DNA from: Neoechinorhynchus agilis
Lineage: Eukaryota > Animalia > Acanthocephala
Assembly (NCBI GenBank): GCA_051530055.1
Contig: CM121341.1
Location: 14,300,784 to 14,364,783, forward strand
Direction of reading: 5' to 3'
DNA: 64,000 nucleotides
Below, piece after piece: positions 35,700 through 48,856 of this stretch. The translations under genes and the position numbers were made by a program. The number at the start of each line of letters is the position of its first letter. Position 1 is the first letter of the stretch. The notes under the pieces are model-generated. The model saw only the letters and a list, made by a program, of their open reading frames with translations, had not been told where the DNA came from and did no database searches.

Positions 35700-37030
35700 T
35701 ACAAGTTGATCGTTGGTCAAATTTAATTAAATGTTGACAGGGAAGATTACATAATATAAAAAATAATAACACTCGCGGCTTCCGGCCCAAATGTTCTGCA
35801 ACCGATGCCCTACTCTGCATTTATGACACGCTGCTACGTAACCTAGACAATAATCCCTCCCACGTCACCCGTCTCATTCAACTCGATTTATCGAAAACTT
35901 TCGACTCCGTGAATCATTCACTCCTTATCCGGGCCTGCTCCGATTTTGAAGTCAACTTCTGGCGTCGGGCTACCTCCTCTATCAGCCTATCCCTCACCAA
36001 AGGCGTTTCTCAATGTGCTGTGTCGTCACCACTTCTCTTTAATATTTCCCTAAGCAACCTCAAATCTCTCTCCGCTCACTCTAAACTTTTCTTATATGCA
36101 GAAAATTTCACTCTCATCACCCACTCACCACCCCACCTTTGCTTAACCTCTAACGAAATCACACACATAAAAGATTTCTGCACCAGTCATAAACTCCACC
36201 TGAATTTCTCTAAATGCTTCGATATGATCCGCTCATTCTCTTACAAGTTCACATCCTACCCCTAAGCTTCGAAATGACATCCTTCGAGTCACCTTCCTAA
36301 GAATTCCGGGTCTCCAATTTCAATCAAATTTTAAATGGTACTCGCACATCACTCTATCCAGCAAGGTAAACACCTTTAAAATTTATATCATAGAGAATTG
36401 TCGTCGGGGTGAATTTGATTCGAGTTTGGCCATGTTTTTCCCCCGGATGGTTGTTGCTGTTGATCATTTATTCAAAATATTTCGTAAGCTTTTTGCTTAC
36501 CTCTTCAGTTATATTGTTTGTAAGTTTTTAAATATGTGAGTACTTACAAACAATATAACTGAAGAGGTAAGCAAAAAGTTTACGAAATATTTTGAATAAA
36601 TGATCAACAGCAACAACAATCCGGGGGAAAAACATCGCCAAACTCGAATTTAAAATTTATCTCCTCAAACGCCTCCAGCATTTAGGAATCCCTTCACCCG
36701 ATCTCTACAAATTTTACTTCAGCTTTGTTTTACCTTCCCTCAGCTACGGTTATCCCGTCTTTTGCAACCTATCCAAATTTCAATTCTGTCGTCTTGAAAT
36801 GTTAGACCTTCCAACCCAACCGGATATTCTCAATCGAATGGACATATCCTCACCCGGGCGAACTGTCCCTGACTGGATAGTTCCTACCCGAATAGACATC
36901 CCTTCAAACAGATATTACCTCCCGAACGGACATCACTCGACTGCATATACCCATATTAACTGATGAGGACCCAAAGGTACGTGGGTCCTCCTAAGCCTTT
37001 CTTTGTATTTTCAATAAACGTGTTATATAT
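35700..37030 (+). mobile_element. CR1/L2-like LINE RT pseudogene with 3' UTR
   Basis: GFRPK, LDLSKTFDSVNH, KGVSQCAVSSPLLF, LYAEN, LHLNFSKC; ends in the gaggaccca/tgggtcctc hairpin and aataaa. Confidence 0.8.
36418..36649. mobile_element. Near-perfect foldback hairpin (~108 bp arms) inserted in the LINE
   Basis: attcgagtttggc...tttgtaagt / acttacaaa...gccaaactcgaat, with 3 or so mismatches. Confidence 0.92.
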
Positions 37031-37044
37031 ATCAAAAACTTGCA

Positions 37045-37485
37045 CAGCTGACTTCCCCCCCCCACTCACCGAATGCCTTGATGATATTTTTATCAAACAA
37101 CCAAAACGCCTTTCAACCCCACCACCACCACAATTTCTTCCACATATCGGCCATTCACACGAGCACAACACTCGTGATCCTAATTCGTTTCACCCTACCT
37201 CGACCTCGCACTGCCCTATACCTACGCTCCTTTTTCCATGCCGCTCAATCCTTTCGAGTATCAAAATCTGAAATGTACCTGAGGAAAGACCAACCTTACA
37301 AACGCTCCTGCAAACAATATCCACAAATTCATACAAGAACGGACCTTCCAACCCGACTGGATATTGCCACTCGCCCGAACTCTATCCAAACAGAACTCGA
37401 GTGTTTATGAGGACCCAAAGGTATTCTTTGTAAATCAACAAATAAAACGTGTTATTATCTAGCAAACAAATAAACGTGTTATTAT
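37045..37485 (+). mobile_element. Second CR1/L2-like 3' fragment directly behind the first
   Basis: PPLTECLDDIFIKQ...PQFLPHI tail, hairpin start and aataaa. Confidence 0.75.
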
Positions 37486-37555
37486 TTTTATTTGACCAAC
37501 GATCAACTTGCAGTCTGTTTCTGGATTAAGTTTTTTAATAATGCTCATTAAGTTG

Positions 37556-37738
37556 AAGAAATTTATCAAGTCCGATATTCTGAAGGCAGCACAATCTTGT
37601 ACGCTTTTTACAAAGTTGTTTGGCAGTTGATTTGACGCTAACTAACGTCGTAAAAACTTCCCAAAACTTTGATAAAGGCGTACTCGATTGTGGTGCCTTC
37701 GAAATATCGAACCTAATAAATTCCTACAATTTTTCCGA
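37556..37738. mobile_element. MITE family A
   Basis: gaaggcagcacaatcttgtacgc / gcgtactcgattgtggtgccttcgaaatatcgaa. Confidence 0.72.
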
Positions 37739-38311
37739 AATAAATAAGGATATGAACAGTTCAATCTTCAAACACAATTTTCATTAAGCTGAACCCACGT
37801 TCATTAAAGGCTTGAAAAGTGCCACAGGTTAAAAATGCAACGATGGGAAGATTAATTTGACGATTAGTGAGTTCCTTTTTATTGAGCAGCAATGATTCTG
37901 TTATTGTGTGTGTTTATCGTAACGATCAACATATAAACCAATTTCTTTTTGGATATGAGCCGTATATTAAACCTATCGCTGTGTAGTGCGTATCTTTATC
38001 CACAAAACATCACGCGTTTTTTACTCGTAGCTTCAAATCTGGCGATTAATTTGCCCTTTAATGGTCTAGAATTATCAGCATACTTCTTAAATTATTGCTT
38101 CAAATAATCAACGTAAATGTGTAAGAGACTAACGGGAAAAGAGCTGAAAATATGAACACTTTTGTCATCTTTTTATATTTGATCGGATTTTATGGAGTTT
38201 CTTGATTTCTTTTTACGCATTTCTTGAAATCGTTCGAGTCAATTAGCGTCCTTAAAAGACGGGATTTTAAAAGTTGCTGCTTTTTATTTTTCGCTTCACT
38301 TTCAGATTTCC

Positions 38312-38914
38312 ATGTTTTCTCTAGCGGATATATCCGTTACAATCCGGATAAATCCAAAATATTTTGGCCTTAGCGCCAAACAAGCAATCGATTTGGAGCT
38401 TCAAAAAATGTTTACGGGGAAGGTCATTCAAGGATGTGGCTTCTGCATTGGAATGTACAACGTCAAGGATTATCATGTGGGTCAAAATGAGCTTGATTTA
38501 TTCATTCCGTCAGGACAAGACGGCTCATATGTGTCGGACGTCCGGTGCCAGCTCCTTATGTTCCAACCACAAGAACAAGAATTAATAATGACAAAAGTCT
38601 TGAGATCAACAAAAGAAGGAATATTTTCAAAGTTCGAATTCTTTGATGAGATTTTTATACCGAAAATCAATATATTACAACCTTGTTCATTCGATGAGCC
38701 GCGCTCACGATGGATGTACCACTATGAAGACGTCGACTCAAAAACGGTGCACAGGCTTCCCATCAATGATGGAAGTGATCTTCTTGTTAGGGTTATAGGA
38801 GAAGAATTCAATGATATTGATCCGAGCTCGCCGGAATTCGATTCACAACCCCGATACAGAGTAATTGCTTCTGTTAATGAACTTGGATTGGCTGTTCCTG
38901 CTTGGTGGATGTGA
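38312..38914 (+). CDS. POLR3H: RNA polymerase III subunit RPC8/RPC25, intronless
   Basis: KVIQGCGFCI, FEFFDEIFIP, FDE...WMYHY, C-terminal ELGLAVPAWW. Confidence 0.9.
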   Translation: MFSLADISVTIRINPKYFGLSAKQAIDLELQKMFTGKVIQGCGFCIGMYNVKDYHVGQNELDLFIPSGQDGSYVSDVRCQLLMFQPQEQELIMTKVLRSTKEGIFSKFEFFDEIFIPKINILQPCSFDEPRSRWMYHYEDVDSKTVHRLPINDGSDLLVRVIGEEFNDIDPSSPEFDSQPRYRVIASVNELGLAVPAWWM

Positions 38915-39044
38915 TGCTGAAAACCCGGTTTATTCCAACTGAAATTTAACATAATTAAATCTATAAGCATTTTGTCTTAAAAACGATTTTTTAATTTTAA
39001 TTTTTTGAAGAATGGTCAGTCGGTAACTTTTATTCAGTATCTAC

Positions 39045-39375
39045 GTGTGGCTTTTTCACGGCTGATAATTTTCCTTGGCCACACAGCCCACCGATCTGGT
39101 TCAGGTAGGTGTGCCGAGGTGGTCAAGTGGACAAAACCTCATGATCCCAGTTCGATCGCTGATGACTCACAACCAAAGGGGACGAAATACCGTCGAAAGG
39201 AGGAAACCCACTGATGAGTCCGCCTCCTAGGGAGCTATCTGAAGATCCGGAGGATGTACAAAAATTCTTAACCGTGTATGGTTCAGTGCATTGAGTGATT
39301 TAATTACTTCTCTGAACCAGATCGGTGGGCAGTGTGCCCAAGGAGGAAAATTATCAGCCGTGCAAAAGGTCACAC
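39045..39375 (+). mobile_element. tRNA-headed SINE with hammerhead-like core, preceded by an inverted copy of its own 3' tail
   Basis: A box tggtcaagtgg, B-like gttcga, ggacGAAAtacc and CTGATGAgtcc; 39045-39104 is an inverted repeat of 39312-39375. Confidence 0.72.
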
Positions 39376-39612
39376 ATATAAACACTTTTTTCATTGACAT
39401 GCGGCACCTTTTAGCTTCTCAACTCCCGCATTACTTCCTTGAGACTTATGTATATCACACTTTCTATATTGAAGGTTACGATAAAGCAGAATAAAAGTAT
39501 TGGTTCGCGTCCGTTCAAAACGGACTCAGAAACAGCATGGCACAAAACCCCTCTATTTTCTCCACACGCAAAATAAGAGAGCGTACAATCGCCCACATTC
39601 ACGTACAGTGGC

Positions 39613-41187
39613 CTATATCCTTGCAGCATCACACTGATTGTATTTGCTTCGTTCAAAAGCGAGCTTTTTAAGCACTAACAGTTGCTCCGAAAAAAGCGTA
39701 GCATACTTTTCTTTTTGTTCAGTATGACTAACGTATATCATGCCGTTGGATATATAGTAGTCAAGGCTAGACGAAGAACGATATATGACAGCTGTGTGAC
39801 GACCCAAATCAGAAATGATCCCGCAAGGAAGACTTATTTTGTGCTTAAGGGACATCAAAAGATCCAACGTAGTGTCCACTGGTTTATTGATTAGTTCGGC
39901 CAGACGAGCAACAGGAATGCTCATATACGCAGATAGACGTTTTCGAATTTGCATAAAAAGGAGTTGTTCGTCTACTTCCATCATGAACACTTGTGCCTGA
40001 TCTTCAAGAACTTGTTGAGCAGTACAATTTGGGTCAAATGAGCAGAAGCGAGGTGCTGCCTGAAGAAACGATCTCGAAAAAGCTGTTCGTTCCCCATTTA
40101 AAAGACCAATGAGTATTTCATGTGCCACCACTGACTTTACTTCATCCATCACCTTGTCGTCGACTTCATAAGGAAAGAAGGCAAGGGCTAAAGCAAGGAT
40201 GTAACAGAGTTTTGATCTAAGAAAAGCAATCGGAGCTGATAGAGCAGTTGAGGCAGATCCAACTTTAGTTGCAGTTTCTCTGGTTTGTAAAATGTTTGTA
40301 AGTGAACTCGTACAAACTTTTATAGCGTCCATATACCGTCGTCCCATCAATAAACAAAAAGAGCGATAATAATCGGTCGTGAAAACGCAATGCCATTGTC
40401 CTCCACTAAGCATTAGTTTGTCTTTATCTGTTGCTGCCAGTTGATCAACGATATTTAGTGCCGATGGATAATCAGCGTCACATGCGTGGAATCTCATGAG
40501 GCACACGGCACTGTAAAATCCAAGTGCTCGATACAATGCCGATCCAACAAAAGGTTCGTTTTTTCTTAAAGCTTCGATCATTTGATCATATCTACAAGTC
40601 TTCATGAATTCATAAAGTGGATTTAGTACATAGTAAGGACTCGCAAATTCCTCGTATTCTTGGGTGTTTTCATTCGGTTCGCCTTTTCGTAAATCCCACA
40701 TCATCCCTTCAAATGCAATGGTAAACTCGTCTAAAATGGCCCAAAGCCACGATGCTGGCAAATCTATGGACCTTTCTGGCGTCTTAAAAAACTGAAATAT
40801 GTCGCTCATGTTCGTTAGACATTGAACGTAGACGTCAAGTTCAACCGTAAGTTCTTTATTAGCACAAACGTCGAAAAATCTTTGATAATAAAGTTGCATG
40901 TACAAAGCTTCGGCCAAAGGATCATCAAGTATTGATTTTAGATTCTCACATCGTTCAAGAAGAACAGTTTCGCCGATACCAGCACAGAGTCGTTTAATGT
41001 TAAACCGGAAATCGGTGAATCGAGCGAAGCGAAGGCCTTGAACTTGCTGATCTTTTGTTAAATTAGTCCGACATTCCTTTACTAAAGCCGCGAACTTGCC
41101 CAATTGGGACTTTAATGTCGATAGTGCTCGGGGATCCATATTTGGATGCTCGCGTTGTTTTTGAAGCTGTGATGATGCGAATTCCAT
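39613..41187 (-). CDS. EIF3L: Translation initiation factor 3 subunit L, intronless
   Basis: LYMQLYYQR, IDLPASWLWAILDEF, LGFYSAVCLMRFH..DADY, F.QAAPRF, LDYYISNGMIYVS. Confidence 0.88.
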   Translation of the reverse strand: MEFASSQLQKQREHPNMDPRALSTLKSQLGKFAALVKECRTNLTKDQQVQGLRFARFTDFRFNIKRLCAGIGETVLLERCENLKSILDDPLAEALYMQLYYQRFFDVCANKELTVELDVYVQCLTNMSDIFQFFKTPERSIDLPASWLWAILDEFTIAFEGMMWDLRKGEPNENTQEYEEFASPYYVLNPLYEFMKTCRYDQMIEALRKNEPFVGSALYRALGFYSAVCLMRFHACDADYPSALNIVDQLAATDKDKLMLSGGQWHCVFTTDYYRSFCLLMGRRYMDAIKVCTSSLTNILQTRETATKVGSASTALSAPIAFLRSKLCYILALALAFFPYEVDDKVMDEVKSVVAHEILIGLLNGERTAFSRSFLQAAPRFCSFDPNCTAQQVLEDQAQVFMMEVDEQLLFMQIRKRLSAYMSIPVARLAELINKPVDTTLDLLMSLKHKISLPCGIISDLGRHTAVIYRSSSSLDYYISNGMIYVSHTEQKEKYATLFSEQLLVLKKLAFERSKYNQCDAARI

Positions 41188-41630
41188 TCTGGAAAGACAA
41201 AGAGGATCGAAACGAAGCGAAATAGCAAATTCAGCTCAAAAATTCATCCTCATGCTCACAAACAAAATATCCCAGAATTATGAATATTCATCTAAAAACG
41301 TTTTTGGTTATGGAGATCACGTTTAAAAAAACGCCGCACAGCTTCGCTGACAACAAACAAAAAATACTTAGATTTTTGTAAGACGGAATATTCAAATTAG
41401 GTTGCTAAATACTTGAACGGGAATACACGGTCTTATTTATGACGAGCGTTATTTTTTAGGACAATTTGGTTCTCAAAATCTTGGAATGCCAATATCGACA
41501 AATTTATCTAAGCAAAACCAACTTTGAAGACATTTTTAGTAAAAAAAATCATTCGAAGTAAAGCCCGAAGTGCATATATAATCGAAAACTATAATATTTT
41601 TCCATCAATGGATCAACTCCTAATGTTATT

Positions 41631-43701
<2,071 letters not shown>

Positions 43702-45329
43702 CTACATTTGTTTATATGAGCGTAAGTTGGAAAAATGAATAGAGCAAATGGTTGACAACGGGCTTGAGAAAGGAAAGGCGTCGAGCAAGTATCAGTAAGT
43801 TAAGAAAGAATGCCAATTTGAGTAGTGACGCTACTAGTGTTGCGTTTCAATCCTGAACTGTGCACCGGGTTCTCTTTTTGTGAGTGGAGGAGTTTTCGGC
43901 TAACCTGAAGAGGATGTAGTGAGTACTTCAAAATCAAGCACAAAAAGGGTTATCGACTAAAAACACAAACAATAAATATTCAAAAAGTAAAATGCCATGT
44001 CCGAGAGTAAGTTAACCTCGATTCTAAATTAGTTATCCGAAAAATTTCACACATAATTTCAAAAGATTGGAATTATTCGATTCTGTGTAAAAAAAGCTGC
44101 CAAAAGATCTCAAATTTAACACGTTGCAGATTGACCTTCGAGATGTTTGGAATCTACTTCAATTTAGAGAAAACAACCGATGATCTCTTGAAAGAATTCA
44201 AGGGAACGAACTCTCGGTTTTTTTCGTGCAACAAGGGCTCTTATGGCCAAATCTAAAAACATAAAGTTTTGAAGAACGAAACGTGGTTCCAAGATGCAAA
44301 ATGGAAGATCTTATGATAATGCTTTATACCACTGTTTCTTTTCGTGACCTAACTAGGAAATAAATAGATAATCATTAATCATTCTTCGTGATCCGAAGTT
44401 ACATACTTCAACTTTAGAAATTAAGAACGGATTCAAACTAAACAAAAAACTATTACTATATTGGTTTTCATGCTCAAACCATTACTAAAATACAACTTCA
44501 AGCGTTTTTATGGAGATATATTTCGAATCCTAACATTAAAAGCAAACAGAAATCTAAGTTTCTTTGGGATTACATTCGGCTGGGTAAATATATTATTATT
44601 ATTATTATTTTTGGTGGGTACTCGACACCTCGAGACTGCGAAACAATTTGAATTGAAAACGACTGATTTACACAGTCAAAACGTACATTCGACTTTAACG
44701 ATCTCCCTTTTGTGTCAAGGGCCGACCAAAATAATGAGAAACTGTATTTTTGAAGTGAACTTTACACGAATCCTATAAACCGTGGGCAAAAGAGCCTAAA
44801 TGCGATGAATAAACACTTTCGTTAATTTCTTCACAAATCACGTTAATGTATTTACTTTAACGATCGCCCCCTTCAGTTCTAAATATGAATCCTTTAGATG
44901 CGTTTTTCATTCGTAAGTAGAAAAGCGTTAGATGGAATTCATGGCCCGAATGGATCCGTAAAGGATTTTGAGCTTCATGCATTGAACATTTTAAATTATT
45001 ATTTAAATTTTTAATTTTCTTGAAAAATCGTTTATACGTGAAGAATTTTAGGAATGCCTCGTATTTGGTCGTGGTTTAAGCACTTAAAATTAATATGAAA
45101 GTTTATGTTCAAGAACAAAAGTGGGCAAAGCAATATTATGCAAGAAAATTAGATTTATGCCTTAAAGTGCAATGAACATTGCGAAAATTCACTAAAATAC
45201 TTCGTAGGTTACCCTCGAAAATGTCCCAAAATCGCGCCTTTGTACTTTTGTTTTAAAAGAATTACCATTAAATTTTATTTGTTAAAGTACAAAACGTGCA
45301 ATCACCACCGTCCGCAAAATCTTAACTTC

Positions 45330-48300
45330 TCTCCTTCCTCGGCTGTCGCTATCACGCTAGCAGCATCGCCTCGTTGTACTGCAAGCGAGATATTTTGTCG
45401 CAGGAATACACCTGCTCATGCGTCGCCGGTCGTTTCTTTCAATTTATTCGAAAGATCCTGGAGCAGAGTGAGTGCTGAGCTGCCAAGCGCTTCATATGTC
45501 TCTCCTCCGAGAGGGACAATATAGTGGGCCCTTGCTAAATACCTATATTTTCGTACCTTCCTCCCTTCCGCTGCACTGGCTGCACCTCCAGCGATTTCGA
45601 GAGAGAGTAGGGAATGTTGCAAACCTGTAAGGGTGTCCACACACGTGGCGTCCCAGAGAAGGCATTTGCCCTCCCGGAAAGACCGAAATTCCGTCATGTT
45701 GACGACCTTCTGGTCGACAAAGATGGGCGGGTTCCGAGATGTTGAGGAAGTTCGCCGTTTTCAACACCCGAGAAATTGCGTTATTGATTTCAGAATGGCG
45801 TGAGAACCTTCCTCCTGACCTTCTGCAGACGAGACCGTGTCGCCCGAAAGCATCAACCAAAGACCCACATCGACAGCGATGGGGCGTGCATATCGGGAGA
45901 CCAAGTCTTAAGGATACTGCGATCCTCGTTACCTCATCAGTAAGAAGAGTTCCCACTGATGCCAGAGGAACAGCCTCCAGCCATGCCCCGATTCTCGTGT
46001 CGAAACTGCCAACAATCTAGCTTGGACGAACCCATCGCGAGAACTTGAAAGTAGAGAGCTGTGAGCTCTCGCGAAGAGAGATCTGTCCCAGATCGACTGT
46101 CTGAGGCAATTCATGGGAACATGGTTAGCGCCTGTCTGCTGGCATCATTCTTCAACTGCCACCACAAAGTCTTGCTCAAGACAAAACTTTTCCCTCAGAA
46201 TTTTCTTCGCTATCGGTTGATTCCCCCATACAATCCAAGAAAGGCTGGCAAGGCAAGGTTTACTAACGCCCGAATGCCCAATCCCCCAGGTGGCACAGGC
46301 AATGAAGCTTGTCGCCACGCCTCATCTGAGAGCTGGACATTTAAAATACGCTCGAGACAAGCCCTCACCTTATCGTCGAGCTTAGCCAATCCTTCCTTAT
46401 GTTTGAAGAATGCTGCTGTGCGGACCTTATATAAAAATTTCGGGATAAAGAATGCGTTCTTTATCAGAAATAACGCTTCGTGAGCCGAGAAAGCGCTCAC
46501 CCTATCGCACAGCAACGAAAGTTTCTGTATGATACGGCCGATCTCAGCTTCCACATTTGAATACCAAGAGGCTGAGTTGCTCTGGAGTCACGAGTTCCAG
46601 CCCTGGAGCTACGGCCTCGAACCCAGCCATTAGTTCTCTGACTTTGGCGGTGTCTTCGATATTTAATACTAGAAGCTCACACTTTCCAGCATTGAGCTCA
46701 ATGCTTATCTTCGAGGTCTCCCTAACCAGCGTCTCTAAATCGCGCTGTACAACGGAGGGATCACCTTCGAGCGTAGCGTCATCCAAGTACCGAGCGTTGA
46801 AGATGGAATGGAGAGAGTGCGCTATTGGATTTACTGTTAGGGAGAATGCGATTGGACCGAGAGGATCTCCTTGCTGTACTCCTCTTTCGGACCAAATGAG
46901 GTGGTCTTCGAAGAGCAAAGGAGTCGCCGTCCCGTGGGCATTGAGAAAATACTGGAAGGCTTCTGGTGCGTGATCCCTAATTGCGCACAACATGCTTTCT
47001 CTAGTGAGAGAGTTAAAGGCATTCTGAAAATCACACTTAAGAATCACGCACAGCTCTGAACTCCTCGTAGTGAAGTTTCGGAGCGCGTGGACAATAGCTT
47101 CCGCCCCCCAGGATGTGCAGCAGCCTAGTTGGACTGGACGAAGTTGCTGTCCGGTTTTCTCTGTGATACGTTTACAGAGAATTTTTCCTGCAAGTCGGCG
47201 TATCGTCGAAGATACGGCGATGGGACGAATCCCACCTTCTTTTTTTGTGAGGGCACATAATGATGCTCCGAAAAATAGGTGAGGGCACATAATGATGCTA
47301 CGAAAAATAGGTCTTTTGCAACGGGATTCAGGTCCTCTCCAGTCAGGCGGTCGACTAACCGAGAAAGCGCACTTTCTAGAGAGAGCTGCTTCACCAGTTG
47401 TAAAGGACATCATATCATTTAGGTGTTGAGGCCCTAGCCCGTCGAGCCCGTGGCCCGATCCATTTGCAAAAGACGAGATGGCCTTTTTAATTCTGAAATT
47501 TGAATGGATGTCATGTCTTGTATGGGAGGAGGTGGAATTTCAAAACTGCCACTACTGCGTATGTGTTTTGACGGGAGTATTTGAAATGCCTTGTTGTCTT
47601 CCTCTGCAAAACTGCCGGAGGATGGCAATAACCGAACAGCCCTCGAAAATCTCCGTCCGCAAGCTTCGAAGAGACACGTTCAGTCAGGGATCACTTTGAA
47701 AAGCGGCAACGAAACCCTTTCTTCGTACGTCCCTTACGAACCTCGCGAAATTTCATTTCGAAATTGTTAAATATCTGTCCGAAGGAGGCCACCCTTTCCT
47801 TGATTGTTGACGTCAAAGACACCCCAGAATCATCACTGGTACAAAGAACTAAACGCAGGAATGCGAAGAGCCGTGCCCATGATGGCTCACAGTTCTTTTG
47901 GAGGCAATCGTTGACCAATCCCGTAAATGCTTTTCCGACCTGATATCGTGCGCCCTTTTTGATCCGTTTCAGGACGTTCCTGGGCAGAAACCGCACGATA
48001 TCAGGTATCGAAATAGAGTCAGTTGTGATCTGAGATGTTGGCATAAACAGATCGCTTGATTGTGGTGGAGAACCAGATCGGCCACAGCGGAGATCCCGCG
48101 GACCATGGGCAAACAAAACCCCCAAATAGGTTAATTTAAAAGACTTACCGCAAACCGAACACACCAGTGAAGACGCGTGGGAGCTCGACAGCGTTGGTAT
48201 TCTCAGGTTGAACGCGATCGATAAGGGGTGAGTTCAAGGTGTCTGCGTCAGTACCGCCAATTGTCGGCGATATGAACGCAGTTAGCTGCTTATTTTCAGT

Positions 48301-48360
48301 CGAGATTTTCTTTGAGAACTGAGCCTTCGAATTATCAGAATTTTCTGGCGGTTGCATTGA
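45330..48360 (-). mobile_element. Near full-length CRE-like non-LTR retrotransposon, frameshifted
   Basis: Zn finger CSVCGKSF; RT motifs FFGASLCALTKKEGGIRPIAV, CDFQNAFNS, GVQQGDPLGP, YLDD; CRCG...H...C knuckle; PD-(D/E)xK-type LLWDATCVDT domain. Confidence 0.92.
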
Positions 48361-48560
48361 TTGTTGACTATTATGTGGTCGTTGATCCTTGAATTTTTCA
48401 ACAACAGGAACTTCAATCAGAAATGACGATTCGATTTAGTGACGATTTTATGAGTTAAAATTCTAACGAACCATCAGCATTGCTCATGTAAAACTTTTCT
48501 TCGAGTGCGCTTAGAGCATGTTCCCTTGCGATATTATGTTTTATATTATGAAAAATAATA

Positions 48561-48656
48561 ACTGCGATTTTGTTCATAATCGTCGAGATCTCGACAAAAT
48601 AACAATTTATATACATAGTTTCTCTGCCCACCTCCTCGCTCCCAATCGGTTTATAG
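48561..48656. repeat. Dispersed ~95 bp repeat, inverted partner at 53731-53826
   Basis: catagtttctctgccc(a/g)cctcctcg...aatcggtttatag shared. Confidence 0.75.
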
Positions 48657-48856
48657 GCAGATATCCACAATCGGAGAATTTAAAGACTACTAAAACACAA
48701 TTGTAGTCTAATCAAAAGCATGAAGAATAATGAAATGTAGCTTCGATATTAAAAATCGCTTAAAAGTGGTGTGTCGTCAATGCAATAGGAACAATTTATA
48801 AAGCGCCTCATTTAAGACTAATCATGTTAAAAAAAGTCTAGCTAGTGAACTGACTG

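Noticed and set aside
36960-37000. CTGATGA followed by a hairpin, resembling a hammerhead
   Set aside because: No GAAA follows, and other copies of the same LINE tail read ttatga; it is the LINE stem-loop.
39113-39160. Functional tRNA genes here and at 60722-60790
   Set aside because: A/B boxes only; I could not fold a cloverleaf, and both continue into the same repeat body.
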